Source of the DNA: an uncultured Acidobacteriaceae bacterium
GTDB taxonomy: Bacteria; Acidobacteriota; Terriglobia; Bryobacterales; Bryobacteraceae
Assembly (NCBI GenBank): GCA_963778345.1
Contig: CAVZTP010000003.1
Span: 41,408-105,407 of the forward strand
Direction of reading: 5' to 3'
Length of the DNA: 64,000 bases
Below the pieces are notes generated by a model. That model was given only the letters and a program-made list of their open reading frames with translations, was not told the DNA's origin and made no database searches. The position numbers and the translations under genes are program-made. Within the stretch, counting starts at the first letter, position 1; each line of letters begins with the position of its first letter. Positions 39,746-50,357 of the stretch are shown in pieces.

Positions 39746-42700
39746 ATGGATAAATGTACGAAGATCGTGTTCGTGACGCTTCTTGGCGTCTTCGCAGTTA
39801 TCGTCACATGCACAGGTCGAAAGAGCGTCAGTATCAGGGATCATTAGCGATAAGACCGGTGCGCCGCTTGCAAACGCGCAGGTCACAGCGGAAAATTTAG
39901 CCACCTCCGTAAAGACTTCAACACAGACCAACGGCAGCGGAAACTTGTATCTCAATCTTCTTCCTGGCGATTACCGCGTTACGGTCTCACAACCGGGATT
40001 TGCAACCGCAACTATTCCTAAACTGACGCTATCGGTCGCGCAGGCCGCCACTCTCAACCTGTCTCTCGAGGTCGCTGTCGTCCAACAGCAGGTCACGGTA
40101 AAGGACGTTTCGGCGCTGCTCGAGCAGGAGACTGCCAGTCTCGGCTCCACCATTCAATCCCAGCAGATCTCTCAGTTGCCATTGCTTTCTCGGAATCCCT
40201 ACTCGCTGGTCGTGCTCGCCCCAGCCGTTAATCCCAAAGGAAATCCCGGCACGGGGCCGCTGATCAATGGGGGACGCTCGAATGCCAATGCACTGTTGCT
40301 GGACGGCCAGCAAGAGCTGAATTCAACTACCAATGACGCGGCCTACACCCCGCCGCTCGATTCTATTGAGCAATTTAAGGTGCAGACCAGCAGTTTCCAG
40401 GCAGAATACGGGCGCACGGCAGGCGGCGCTATCAACGTCATCACCAAAATGGGAACTAACCAGTTCCACGGCGCTCTCTACGAGTTTTTCCAAAACGACG
40501 CGCTCAATGCCAACACTTACACGAACAACTTGGCCGGCCTGCCGCGTTCCGTCGTGCGCCATAACGACTTTGGCGGAGACATCGGCGGTCCAGTTTGGTT
40601 GCCTAAGATCTACAACGGCCGCGACCGCCTATTCTTCTTCCTCGCCATGGAGGCAATTCCGGCCCGCACTCCGCAGCCGCTCATTTCCAGCGTACCTACC
40701 TTGCTGCAGCGTTCGGGCGATTTCAGCCAGACCTTCGGCGCCAATGGGAAGCAGGTCGTGATTTACGATCCGACTTCCACCAAGGCGGATCCGGCGCATC
40801 CCGGCCAGTTCATCCGCACCGCATTCCCCAACAACAAAATCCCGGCCGGCCGCATCAGTCCCGTCGCCACTAACATCCTCCAGTTCTTTCCGTTGCCAAA
40901 TGCGCCAGGTGTAGGCAATACTGGCGTGAATAACTACATCAGGAGCGGCAACAGCGCCAGCCAAAATCGTGAAACGCTTGCACGGGTCGACTATGCTCTT
41001 AACGACCGCCAACGGCTGTTTGTACGAACCGGGGTAAATGTAAGCAACACTACCTTTAATGCGATAGTGAATGACGCGTTCCCCCAACAGACCTCGACCG
41101 CTTACGAGCCCATCGACGGATTGAATTCCAGCACCGTGGTGGGCGACACGGTTACGTTTCGCCCTACTCTCATAGGCGAATTCCGGATCGGGTACACTCG
41201 GGTCTCGAAGAACAGTGTTCCGACTAGTCTCGGGTTCGATACTACGCAACTCGGTTTCTCGCCTTCCGTCGCGTCTGTTGTCCGGGCCGGAATATTTCCG
41301 GGCATTAACATCACGGGTGAAGCTCCACTCGGCACGGCCACCACAGCTCTGCGGCTCAGCGTACAGGATAATCGCCAGACCCAAGGGGTCCTTACCTGGG
41401 TAACCGGCCGCCACACCATCAAAGCGGGAGGCGATCTGGAGGTCTTTCACAACAACACCTATTCGCCCAGCAGCCCTTCAGGCACGTATTCCTTCGGAGC
41501 GAGTTTCACTCAGGGACCTAATCCGACAACGGCCTCTGCGAATGACGGTCTAGGTCTGGCTACCTTTTTGCTCGGCTTACCCACCAGCGGCTCGCTCACG
41601 CTGGATCCGTCATTGGCGACGCAGCAGATATACGCTGCCGGGTTCGTCCAGGATACTGTTAAACTCACACCTGGATTTACGCTGGACGTCGGCCTTCGGT
41701 ACGACTTCACGTCTCCCTGGCAGGATCGTCTCAACCAGCTTGCCTACTTCGATCCGCATACTCCCGACTCGGTCACCGGGCTTCCCGGTGCCTTACTCTT
41801 CGTAGGCGGCAATCATCGCGGCCAAACCAATCCCAACACGAATGACTGGGGCCCGCGCATCGGCATTGCCTGGCGATTCGCTCCCCGCACAGTGTTCCGC
41901 GCCGGTTATGGTGTCTTCTATGCACAAGGTAATCGCGGCATCGGCGCAGTTTCGAGTGAGCTCGGCCAGGGCTTTCAGACCAGTACATCCGTGTTTTTGG
42001 GAACCCCGAACCCCATCTCGTTCGCTCCGCCCATTGGCGCATCTTTCTCGAATCCATTCGTGACAGGCTTCAATATCCCTCCATCCAACTTAGTTGGTCA
42101 GGGCATCAGCACCATCGTGCCGACCACGCCGACCCCCTTGCAGCAGCAATGGACCGCAAGCTTCCAGCACCAGCTAACGCAGAATCTGTTGGTTGAGGTC
42201 GCCTACACCGGAAGCCGCGGAGAGCACATCTGGCAGGATTTTCCGTTAGATGCCGCCAATCCCGCCTACTTGTCACTGGGCACCGCCCTGGCGCAACTGG
42301 TAGGCAACCCTTTCCTTGGAAAAATCACCACTGGGTCCCTCAGTGCGTCTACCGTGGCGCGCAGCCAGCTGCTGCTTCCCTTTCCGCAATACACATCCAT
42401 CAATCTGCACGATTACCCGGTCGGGGATTCCAGCTACAATGCCTTCACAGCCCGCGTCGATAAGCGTTTCGCGCACGGTTTCACCATCGAGGGTTCGTTC
42501 ACCGCGAGCAAGGAAATCGACGACGTCGGTGAGCACTTCTCCGGCAGATCCGGTATCACTGATCCCTACAATCTGCGCTTAGACCGCTCCGTAGCGGATT
42601 ACGATGTCCCGCAGCGGCTCGTCGTTAGCTACATCTGGCAGTTGCCCTTTGGTCCAGGTCAGTCCCATTTTCACTCTGGTCTGCTCGCCACAATGGTTGG

Positions 42701-43139
42701 TAATTGGCAAGTGAACGGCATCACAAGCTTGCAGAAGGGCGAGCCGATTGTGATATCTGCTCCTAACGTTTCCGGCTTGCCGGGATTGACCTCAGGCGCG
42801 AACCGCACGGGGACCGGCGCGCTGCCGGGAGGACCGACCGCAGACGAATGGTTCGACACCAACGCATTTACGGCGGCCTTGCCATACACGCTGGGCACGG
42901 ATTCGCGTACAGAACCAAACCTGCGTGCCCCGGGGATCGTCAATTTCGATTTCTCTCTCATGCGCAATCAACTGATCCGCGAGAGGTTCAATATTCAGTT
43001 TCGGGCCGAGGCGTTCAATTTGTTCAACACGCCGCAATGGGACCCACCGGACAGCAGCGTAAACTCACCCACCTTCGGACGCATCTTGGGCGGGGGCAGT
43101 GACCGCGCTCTGCAATTGGGCTTGAGACTGTCGTTTTGA
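39746..43139 (+). CDS. TonB-dependent receptor with CarboxypepD_reg-like N-terminal domain (signal peptide in a different frame)
   Basis: 1118-aa ORF 39783..43139 with VSGIISDKTGAPLANAQVTAENLATS, plug NALLLDGQ and C-terminal LGLRLSF. The only plausible signal peptide, MDKCTKIVFVTLLGVFAVIV (ATG 39746 after AGGAGG), is in another frame. This implies a 1-nt indel near ~39805. Confidence 0.85.
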
Positions 43140-44425
43140 TGCTTCTCCGAAGGGAGCTCTTAAAGCTGCTCCTTAGTTCGCCCGCTGTCCTCGCATCCTC
43201 GGCACCGCGAGTTGACCCGTCTTCACTGGACGGTAAAGTGCTGCTCGGGTACCAAGGCTGGTTCAACTGCCCGGATGATGGCTCTAACCGGGGTTGGCGA
43301 AGTTGGGCTCGCGAAAATCTCTCGCCCAGCTCTTTGACAGTCGAGATCTATCCGGATCTGTCGGAATTCTCTAAGGCTGACCTGTGCCGGATGCCGGGCT
43401 TTACCATCGACGGAGGTCCGGCGTATTTGTATTCAGCTTGGAATCCGCATATCGCAAACCGGCATTGCCAGTGGATGAAGGATTATGGTCTCGACGGTCT
43501 TCTGGTCCAGCGCTTCGTCTCGGGCATTCCTGCCAAACGATCGTCGGGAGATGTGGTGCTCAAGAACGTCATTGCCGGTGCCGCCGAGCACGGCCGCGTA
43601 TTCGCAGTTGAGTATGACGTCACAGGTTCCGATCCCCGGACCTTCTCCCAGGCCATGCGCGAAGACTGGGAATATCTGGTCGATGATCTGAAAATCACCT
43701 CTTTGCACGCCTATCTTCAACATAATGGCAAGCCGGTGCTGTCCGTATGGGGTATGGGATTTTCCGAAGATCGCAATCCACCGTACGACCCTGAACAAGC
43801 ACGCCAATTAGTGGCTTGGTTCAAATCTGGAGCGCCGGAGCGCCTCCGTGTTACGTACATGGGCGGTGTCCCCAGCCGGTGGAGAACGCGAACTGCGGAT
43901 GCCCGTGCGGAAAAAGGCTGGAACGAAGTCTACGCGATGATGGATGTGGTTCAGCCTTGGACAGTAGGCCGTTATGCAAGCGAAGCTGCGGCAGACCACT
44001 GGAGGGACGAGTTCATTATTCCCGATATGAGCGCGAGCAGGCAGAACGGGCAGCAATACATGCCCGTGATCTTTCCCGGATTCTCATGGTCTAACTTGAA
44101 AACGAATTCGCCATTCAATCAGATACCGCGAAATGGTGGGCGTTTCCTATGGCGGCAGGCGTACAACGCAAGATGCGCCGGAGCCCGCAGCCTGAAGATT
44201 GCAATGTTTGACGAGGTCAATGAGGGTACCGCCGTATTCAAGATCGCGCCATCGCGCGGTTCAGCTCCCGATCAAGGAAATTGGCTAACGCTCGACGCCG
44301 ACGGATTGCGTTTGCCCAGTGACTGGTATTTGCGGTTGTCCAGCGAAATCACTCGCGTGTTTCATGGCCTAGCCGACAACACGGCGGCTATGCCCGCCGT
44401 TCTAGACAGCATCCGTAAGTACTGA
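43136..44425 (+). CDS. secreted glycoside-hydrolase-like protein (GH71/GH99-like fold candidate)
   Basis: 429 aa with a signal peptide, VLLGYQGWFNCPDDGSNRGW and KIAMFDEVNEGTAVFK. The family assignment is from memory only. Confidence 0.5.
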   Translation: MMLLRRELLKLLLSSPAVLASSAPRVDPSSLDGKVLLGYQGWFNCPDDGSNRGWRSWARENLSPSSLTVEIYPDLSEFSKADLCRMPGFTIDGGPAYLYSAWNPHIANRHCQWMKDYGLDGLLVQRFVSGIPAKRSSGDVVLKNVIAGAAEHGRVFAVEYDVTGSDPRTFSQAMREDWEYLVDDLKITSLHAYLQHNGKPVLSVWGMGFSEDRNPPYDPEQARQLVAWFKSGAPERLRVTYMGGVPSRWRTRTADARAEKGWNEVYAMMDVVQPWTVGRYASEAAADHWRDEFIIPDMSASRQNGQQYMPVIFPGFSWSNLKTNSPFNQIPRNGGRFLWRQAYNARCAGARSLKIAMFDEVNEGTAVFKIAPSRGSAPDQGNWLTLDADGLRLPSDWYLRLSSEITRVFHGLADNTAAMPAVLDSIRKY

Positions 44426-44452
44426 CTGGGCACTTCGATATGCGATTTTCCG

Positions 44453-44860
44453 CTATTCGTCCAACCCCTCTGCTTCGGCCGTTGCTTTCCGGTCCAAAAT
44501 AGCCTGATCCCTCCGCGCACCGCGCACTGGCATCTTCCGCGCTCTTTCGGCCTCGGCAAATTTCCGCATTTCGTGAATCCGTACTCCAGTGATACACGGC
44601 GGAGGTCCTTTTGGGGGGCCTTCAGCGAGGACCGTATCGAGAATGGCTGAGGAGATGCTGCGCTCGTGTTGAAGCGCGGTTTCGGCCTGCTCGATTCTTG
44701 GCGATGCGCCGTCGAAAAGCGTATCGGCCGTTTCGCTCAGATTCGGTGTTGCATTGTTCATGAGAAACGACACGGTTCCCCAAGCTACGGCCAAGAGAGC
44801 TTTCAGTGATAGGCAGGAGACGACCAGTCTAGCCCCCGGATAGACTGCCACTCCGACCAT
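44453..44860 (-). CDS. hypothetical protein
   Basis: ORF only. No motif recognised. Confidence 0.2.
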   Translation of the reverse strand: MVGVAVYPGARLVVSCLSLKALLAVAWGTVSFLMNNATPNLSETADTLFDGASPRIEQAETALQHERSISSAILDTVLAEGPPKGPPPCITGVRIHEMRKFAEAERARKMPVRGARRDQAILDRKATAEAEGLDE

Positions 44861-45094
44861 ATGCGGTGCATTGCGGGCGACTGGTTTGACGCTGGCGACC
44901 TCGAACTCCGCCAGTTTTTGGGCTGATCTGTTTTGCGGCTACGACATGCGCGGCCGGCGGAAATGTCCAAGCTCCAGGGATCGGGCGTGCCCGATCCTCA
45001 CGGAACACACAATTTCATCGAACCTGAAGCAGGCACGCAGGGAGCACTCCGTGGTAGAAGTGGAGTGGACTGGAAGACAGGAGGCGCCCAAAAG

Positions 45095-45202
45095 ATGAAG
45101 CTTTCAAATATTGTTCGATATCTGGTGATTGCCGCGGTCGCAGCGACTGTAATCGTGAGCCTCCCCGATATAAAGCGCTATATCAAGATCAGCACTATGT
45201 AG
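45095..45202 (+). CDS. 35-aa single-TM small protein (DUF6893-like PDIKRYIKI motif, from memory)
   Basis: MKLSNIVRYLVIAAVAATVIVSLPDIKRYIKISTM, preceded by GACAGGAGG. It is too short for the ORF track as a stand-alone entry. Confidence 0.4.
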   Translation: MKLSNIVRYLVIAAVAATVIVSLPDIKRYIKISTM

Positions 45203-45203
45203 G

Positions 45204-47384
45204 CTATTGTTCCAGGACGACAGCCGCAGATCGGGGGGAATCTTTAGTTTACCCGAGGTGGGCCGCGAGTCGGGAAGTTCAGGTGTGGCGACGACGAGCG
45301 TGCCCGGATTCGGCAACTCCACGGTGGCGGAAATTGTCTTCTGTTGTTCCTGGTTGACAACTACGACGGCGCGTTTTCCGGTCTTAGTTACGAAAACGGA
45401 ATAACGGTGCGCGCCATCGGCGCTCACATTCGCGCCCAGAGTGTCACGGAACTCGGCATCCCAAAGCCAAGCCTTGTATTTGCGCCGCAGGGAATCGATT
45501 TTTTTGCCATAGGCGAGCGTCAGAGGGAAGTCGGTCAGGTGGCCTTTGAAGTTATAAGGTTCGTAGCTGATGATGTAGCGATCCAGCAGAATCAGGTTAA
45601 GCATCTCCCTGTCGTCGAAGCCAGTAACAGCAACCATCAGCGGCGCCTGCGGATCAATGTATCGTTCCACTGCCGTCGAGTTATTATCGATGCGGAAGTA
45701 GGAGACAGGATAATACTGCATCAGCCAGTCCTGATGTCCTTCTCCGGCGAAAATAAAGTCGCGGCTTACTTTATCGGCGGCGGCTCGCAATTGCGCAGCC
45801 ATCGGCATGTCGCCGCCATAGATAAAGCCCGGCGCCGTGTAGCCATGATCCGGCGCAAAGTTGTATTTGACCGGACCGTGGTGGCAGTTCTCGTCAAAGA
45901 GCCAGCCCGATCGCGCCGAGCGCGAGCAGTTTCTGAAACTCCTTTGTCGCAATATCGCGATAGCCGGGCATTAGAAAATCCATCACTGCCCGGCGGTGAT
46001 TATTGATCCCGGCTAACTGCGTCGGCGTGTAATAACTGTAACCGCCTTGCTCGTAGGGAATGCCATAAGGATCGGTGCATTGGTACTTATACAGTTCGCG
46101 TTTGTACCAGGGCATGGTCATATCGGCCCAATTCAATTTTCCAAACAGAATGATCTTCACGCCCATCGCCTGAATGCGCGCGATGGCTTCATGCAATTGC
46201 TGCCAGGTGCCTAAGCCCGGATCGGTGTCTTGCGCGGGATCGCCGCCATCCTGCCCGCCGCAGATTCCAGCCGACCAGTTGAATCGCGCCCACCCCATTC
46301 TTGGCGCATTCTTCGCCATATTTCACAGGTCCGGTATACGGCACGCGTTAGTCTTGCTCGGGCGAATTGATTTGCAATTGCTGCCAGGAGTTCAGGTCTG
46401 CGACCCACTCCGGAACATGCGGCGGCTTGAACCACGTCGTGCGCCACTGCTTGTATAAGTCTACGCCGGCGTGCCAGTCACCTTTGTATGCGGTCATTAC
46501 GACCGGCGCCAGTTTCACGGTGGAATGCGGGTGGGCAAAGATGAAATGAGTGGTCCGAAACTCCATGTGCACGGGATGACCATCGATATCGTCCTGTTGC
46601 GGGACCGGATCGCCGATGGATTGCACAACACCGGGATATTGCTCAAAAGTGTATTGAAGCAAGTAGCGTTGGGTTGGATCTTTCATCTCTACATAAAGGC
46701 CTCGATCGGGCGCTTGTATCAGACAGAAGAGGCTGCGGTAGGAATCGAAAGTTTTGGTTGGGACGAAATCGCCCCAATAGCCTTTTTCATTCCGGAACAT
46801 CGGATAGATCTCGTCGGATTGGAGGTTGCCGTACCAGGTGGTCCTGACGTGCATGGCAGCATCCCGGGCAGGCGCATTGAAATCGCCGAAATAGGGATAG
46901 TCGATGGTTTCCACGACCAGCGGAGAATCATTGATCGAGATTGCCCTCAAATGTGAGGACGCCATTTTCCAGAGTTACGGTGGCTGTGAAGGTCATCGGC
47001 AATACGCCGCCGTGTTCGCTGGTCAGATTTTTCCATCTGAGAAGAAGCTCATGGTCGGAAAGTTTTCGTTAGCTCGGAAACGCGCTGTTTTTGCCCGAGC
47101 ACGAAGTTATATCGGCGGTTGGGCAAAGGCGCGTGCAGCCGAAACGAGATACCGAGTTCAGGCCGCCTTTCGAGGATCCAATGCGTGGATTTATCTTCCA
47201 ATCGGGTCAACGCGCCTGAATTGGTGTCAAACGCGACCAGCAGTTTTTCGTCTTGTAAGCTAACCTCGCTTGCAAAGGAACACTGCGCGGCCGCGATGGC
47301 AATCGCGCACAATGCGACGGAAATGCGGATGGAAGAATAGTTCTGGTATTTCATTGCAATGTTTAGAGTCTGGACGGCATTCAT
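45204..47384 (-). pseudogene. secreted glycoside-hydrolase-like protein (DUF6259-like), multiply disrupted
   Basis: A signal peptide and N-terminus are in ORF 47049..47384. Protein-like continuations occur in other frames (ELLLRWKNLTSEHGGVLPMTFTATV; ORF 46348..46965; RVPYTGPVKYGEECAKNGVGAIQLVGWN; ORF 45894..46319; ORF 45104..45952; C-terminal PRSAAVVLEQ). Frame changes lie near ~47050, ~46950, ~46268, ~45910 and ~45236 (G6 run). There is an in-frame TAA at 46348-46350. Confidence 0.6.
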
Positions 47385-47407
47385 CTTCGCAGCAGAAAGT
47401 GAAACGA

Positions 47408-48528
47408 TTAGCTTTTCTGCAGTCGCTTACGGACGGAGTTCGGGACTGGGCTTGCCCCTCGCTTGCGCTCAGGGTTCCGTAGGGCTCGGCTTGCGCCTCG
47501 CTGATCAGGCGGCGAGGCAGTAGAATTTCGGATTCGCAGCAGCGGCTGCAGCACGGCATGCCGATCGGGCACCTCACGACCTTCGCGGCGGCCGGCGATT
47601 TTTTCCAAGAGCAACTCCATCGCTGTACGGCCCATTTCCCGAGTGGGCTGGGCGACGGTGGTAATTGCCGGATGGAAAGTTTCGTTCCATGCGAAATCAT
47701 CAAATCCGACAATGCTGACGTCCTCGGGATATTGCAAATGCATCCGCTGGAGCGCTCGTACACACCCCCTCAACAATTTGTTGCTAGTGCAGAAAATTGC
47801 GGTGGGAGGCTCGGGGCTGCGCAGAAGATGGGATGTGAAATTGTACGCGGCATCGACATCCAATCCTTCCATCCCGCAATATTCGTCGCGTATGGCTAAA
47901 TGCGATTCCTGCATGGCTTTTCTGAAGCCGTCGAGGCGATGCGCGTGGGTCGAACGGCTCAGACTGCCCGCTATGATGGCGATCTCCTTGTGGCCGTGTT
48001 CAATAAGGTGACGAGTGGCCATATGCGCGCCGGCGATGTTATCGGTAGTGACGAAACTTCCGCGGAAGTTTTGGGTATGCGGTCGAAAAACACGATCGGA
48101 AATCTTTTCAGGATGGGGCGTTCATAAGCCATCGAAGAATCGCAGCAAGCGATCAGAACAGCTTCGACGCGATGCGAGAAGAGCATATCCAAGTGGCGCT
48201 GCTCGACGGCGGGATCTTCATTGGAGTTGCATAGAAAGAATGAGTAGCCGACGTTCGAGGCTACTTCCTCGGCTCCGGCGACTACTTCGGCGAAGAAGGC
48301 GTGCCCCATATCGGGAATGACCACGCCAATCACTCGGGTCTGGCCGGTCCGCAGACTTCGAGCATTTTCGTCGGCATGATAATCGAGAGCTTCAATCGCC
48401 TCTCGAACCTTTCGGGCTCGCCGGGGACTCACGCGTTTGTTGCCGTTGATGACAGCCGAAACCGTAGCCGTAGAGACGCCCGACAGGCGCGCTACGTCGC
48501 GCATGGTGATTTTGCCTGTTTTACTCAC
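47408..48528 (-). pseudogene. LacI-family transcriptional regulator, one apparent frameshift
   Basis: The HTH ITMRDVARLSGVSTATVSAVING is in ORF 47971..48528. The sugar-binding domain continues as NFRGSFVTTDNIAGAHMATRHLIEHG in ORF 47408..48022. Frame change near ~48070. Confidence 0.8.
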
Positions 48529-48590
48529 GTTTTAAACGATTCGCTCTTACCAAAAGATCCACTGCAAAATTCCGAAGACCACCCCGACGC

Positions 48591-50234
48591 CTAACCCCCA
48601 AAAGAGGGGACGCTTGTATAGCGGCAGGTGACTGTCATTGGGAACTCGGCGAGGCCACGAACCAAGCCCTTCAATTCCGCGTCTGGTTTGGGTTCGGTGA
48701 GGAGACTTACCAGCACGGTAACCAGCACGCAGATTAACCAGGCCCAGAGAGCGCGGTAGAGATTTTCCGCCATATCCTTGGCATCGGGAGAAAGCGCAAT
48801 CCAGGCGAGTTTACCGGGATCAGCCTTGACCATCGCATACATTCCGATGGATGAAACGGTTCCGGCCAGAAGGCCGCAGAATCCGCCTTTCGGCGTGGCG
48901 CGTTTCCATAACATTCCGAGAATGACAGTTCCGAATAGAGGCGCGATAAAGAAACTGACGAGCGCCTGCATATAATCCATGATGCTCTTGAAGTGAGTGA
49001 CGAAGTATGCGGTTCCTATGCTCACAAGCACACCAATAATGGTGCACCAGCGTCCCATACTCAGGTAGTGAGCGTCGGTTGCGTTCTTGCGCAAATAGGG
49101 CCGGTAGATGTCATAGGTCCAGACCGTGGCGAAGGCGCTCACGTTGCCGGCCATTCCCGACATGAATCCGGCGATGAGAGCAGTAATGCCTAAGCCGAGC
49201 AGTCCAGGGCCACAGTAACGCGCGAGCATCAGGGGGAGAACCTCGTTGTAGCTGTGAAGACCGGGTGCGGCGGCGCCTTCGGGGACAAGTTTGAAAGGAA
49301 GAACAGCGAGGGCCAGCAAACCGGGCAGGATCACAATCAGCGGCACGGCCATTTTGAAATAGGAGGCGATGATGGGAGCGAATTGGGCGGAACGCAGATC
49401 CTTTGCCGACATGGCGCGCTGAACAACGAGGAAATCCGTGGTCCAATACCCGCAGGCGATGACACCGCCCAGACCGAAGACAATCCCGGTCCAGTGGACT
49501 CCCATCGGATTGCCGCCGAAGGTTCCGAGAGTTCGCCACAGGTGAACGAAATCGCCATGCGGAAAATTGCGATGAATTCTATTCACGAGTCCGGACCAGC
49601 CGCCGGCTTCGATGAGTCCGAGGATGGGAATCAGCAGTGCGCCCAGCCAGATCAGGAAAAACTGCAGCACCTCATTGAAGATTGCCGCGAAGAGGCCGCC
49701 GAGCGCGACGTAAATCGCGACCGTGATGGAGGAGACCCAAATGCTGAAGTGGATGTTCCATCCCAGAACGACCTTCATCACCAGGGCCATTGCATACATA
49801 TTGATACCGGACATCAGCACAGTCATGAAGACGAAGGAGATTCCGGTGAGTGCGCGGGTGGCCTCGCCGTAGCGTAACTGGAGATATCCCGGGACCGAGT
49901 GGGTCTTCGAGATGTAGTAAAAGGGCATCATTACCAAGCCGAGCAAGACCATTGCGGGAAAAGCCGCGATCCAGTAAAAATGGGTGGCTAAAATGCCGTA
50001 CTGATAGGCGGAGGCGGCCCATCCCATCAACTCCAGAGCACCGAGGTTGGCCGACAAAAAACTCAGCCCGGCCACCCAGGCCGTCATCTCCCGCCCGGCC
50101 AGAAAGAAGTCGTTGGCGCTGGTAGCGTATCGCTTCAGGTAGAGTCCGATACTGAGCACCATCAAGAAATACACGGCGATGATGGCGATGTCCTGCGGGC
50201 TCAGCGAGATCAGCCGGCTAGCCGGTGCGGTCAT
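48591..50234 (-). CDS. sodium:solute symporter (SSS family)
   Basis: The start is taken at the ATG at 50234 (MTAPASRLISLSPQDIAIIAVYF...). It has 13 or more TM segments and FLAGREMTAW. The upstream 145 codons of the ORF are not protein-like and overlap the divergent gene. Confidence 0.88.
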   Translation of the reverse strand: MTAPASRLISLSPQDIAIIAVYFLMVLSIGLYLKRYATSANDFFLAGREMTAWVAGLSFLSANLGALELMGWAASAYQYGILATHFYWIAAFPAMVLLGLVMMPFYYISKTHSVPGYLQLRYGEATRALTGISFVFMTVLMSGINMYAMALVMKVVLGWNIHFSIWVSSITVAIYVALGGLFAAIFNEVLQFFLIWLGALLIPILGLIEAGGWSGLVNRIHRNFPHGDFVHLWRTLGTFGGNPMGVHWTGIVFGLGGVIACGYWTTDFLVVQRAMSAKDLRSAQFAPIIASYFKMAVPLIVILPGLLALAVLPFKLVPEGAAAPGLHSYNEVLPLMLARYCGPGLLGLGITALIAGFMSGMAGNVSAFATVWTYDIYRPYLRKNATDAHYLSMGRWCTIIGVLVSIGTAYFVTHFKSIMDYMQALVSFFIAPLFGTVILGMLWKRATPKGGFCGLLAGTVSSIGMYAMVKADPGKLAWIALSPDAKDMAENLYRALWAWLICVLVTVLVSLLTEPKPDAELKGLVRGLAEFPMTVTCRYTSVPSFGG

Positions 50235-50300
50235 TTCAATTGAGGGTACGCCACGGGGGAAGGGCGGGTCAAGGAATCTGGCGCAGTACTGAGATTTTCT

Positions 50301-50348
50301 AATCGATTCGCTTTTCCCCTTGACGGGCGGCATTATCAGGAGTAAGGT
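50301..50348 (+). promoter_or_regulatory. candidate promoter (TTGACG-17-TAAGGT) with an adjacent AATCGATT palindrome (LacI-type operator core candidate)
   Basis: AATCGATT is at 50301-50308, TTGACG at 50320-50325 and TAAGGT at 50343-50348. This lies in the divergent intergenic region between the SSS transporter and the TonB receptor. Confidence 0.3.
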
Positions 50349-50357
50349 TTTCATCAG

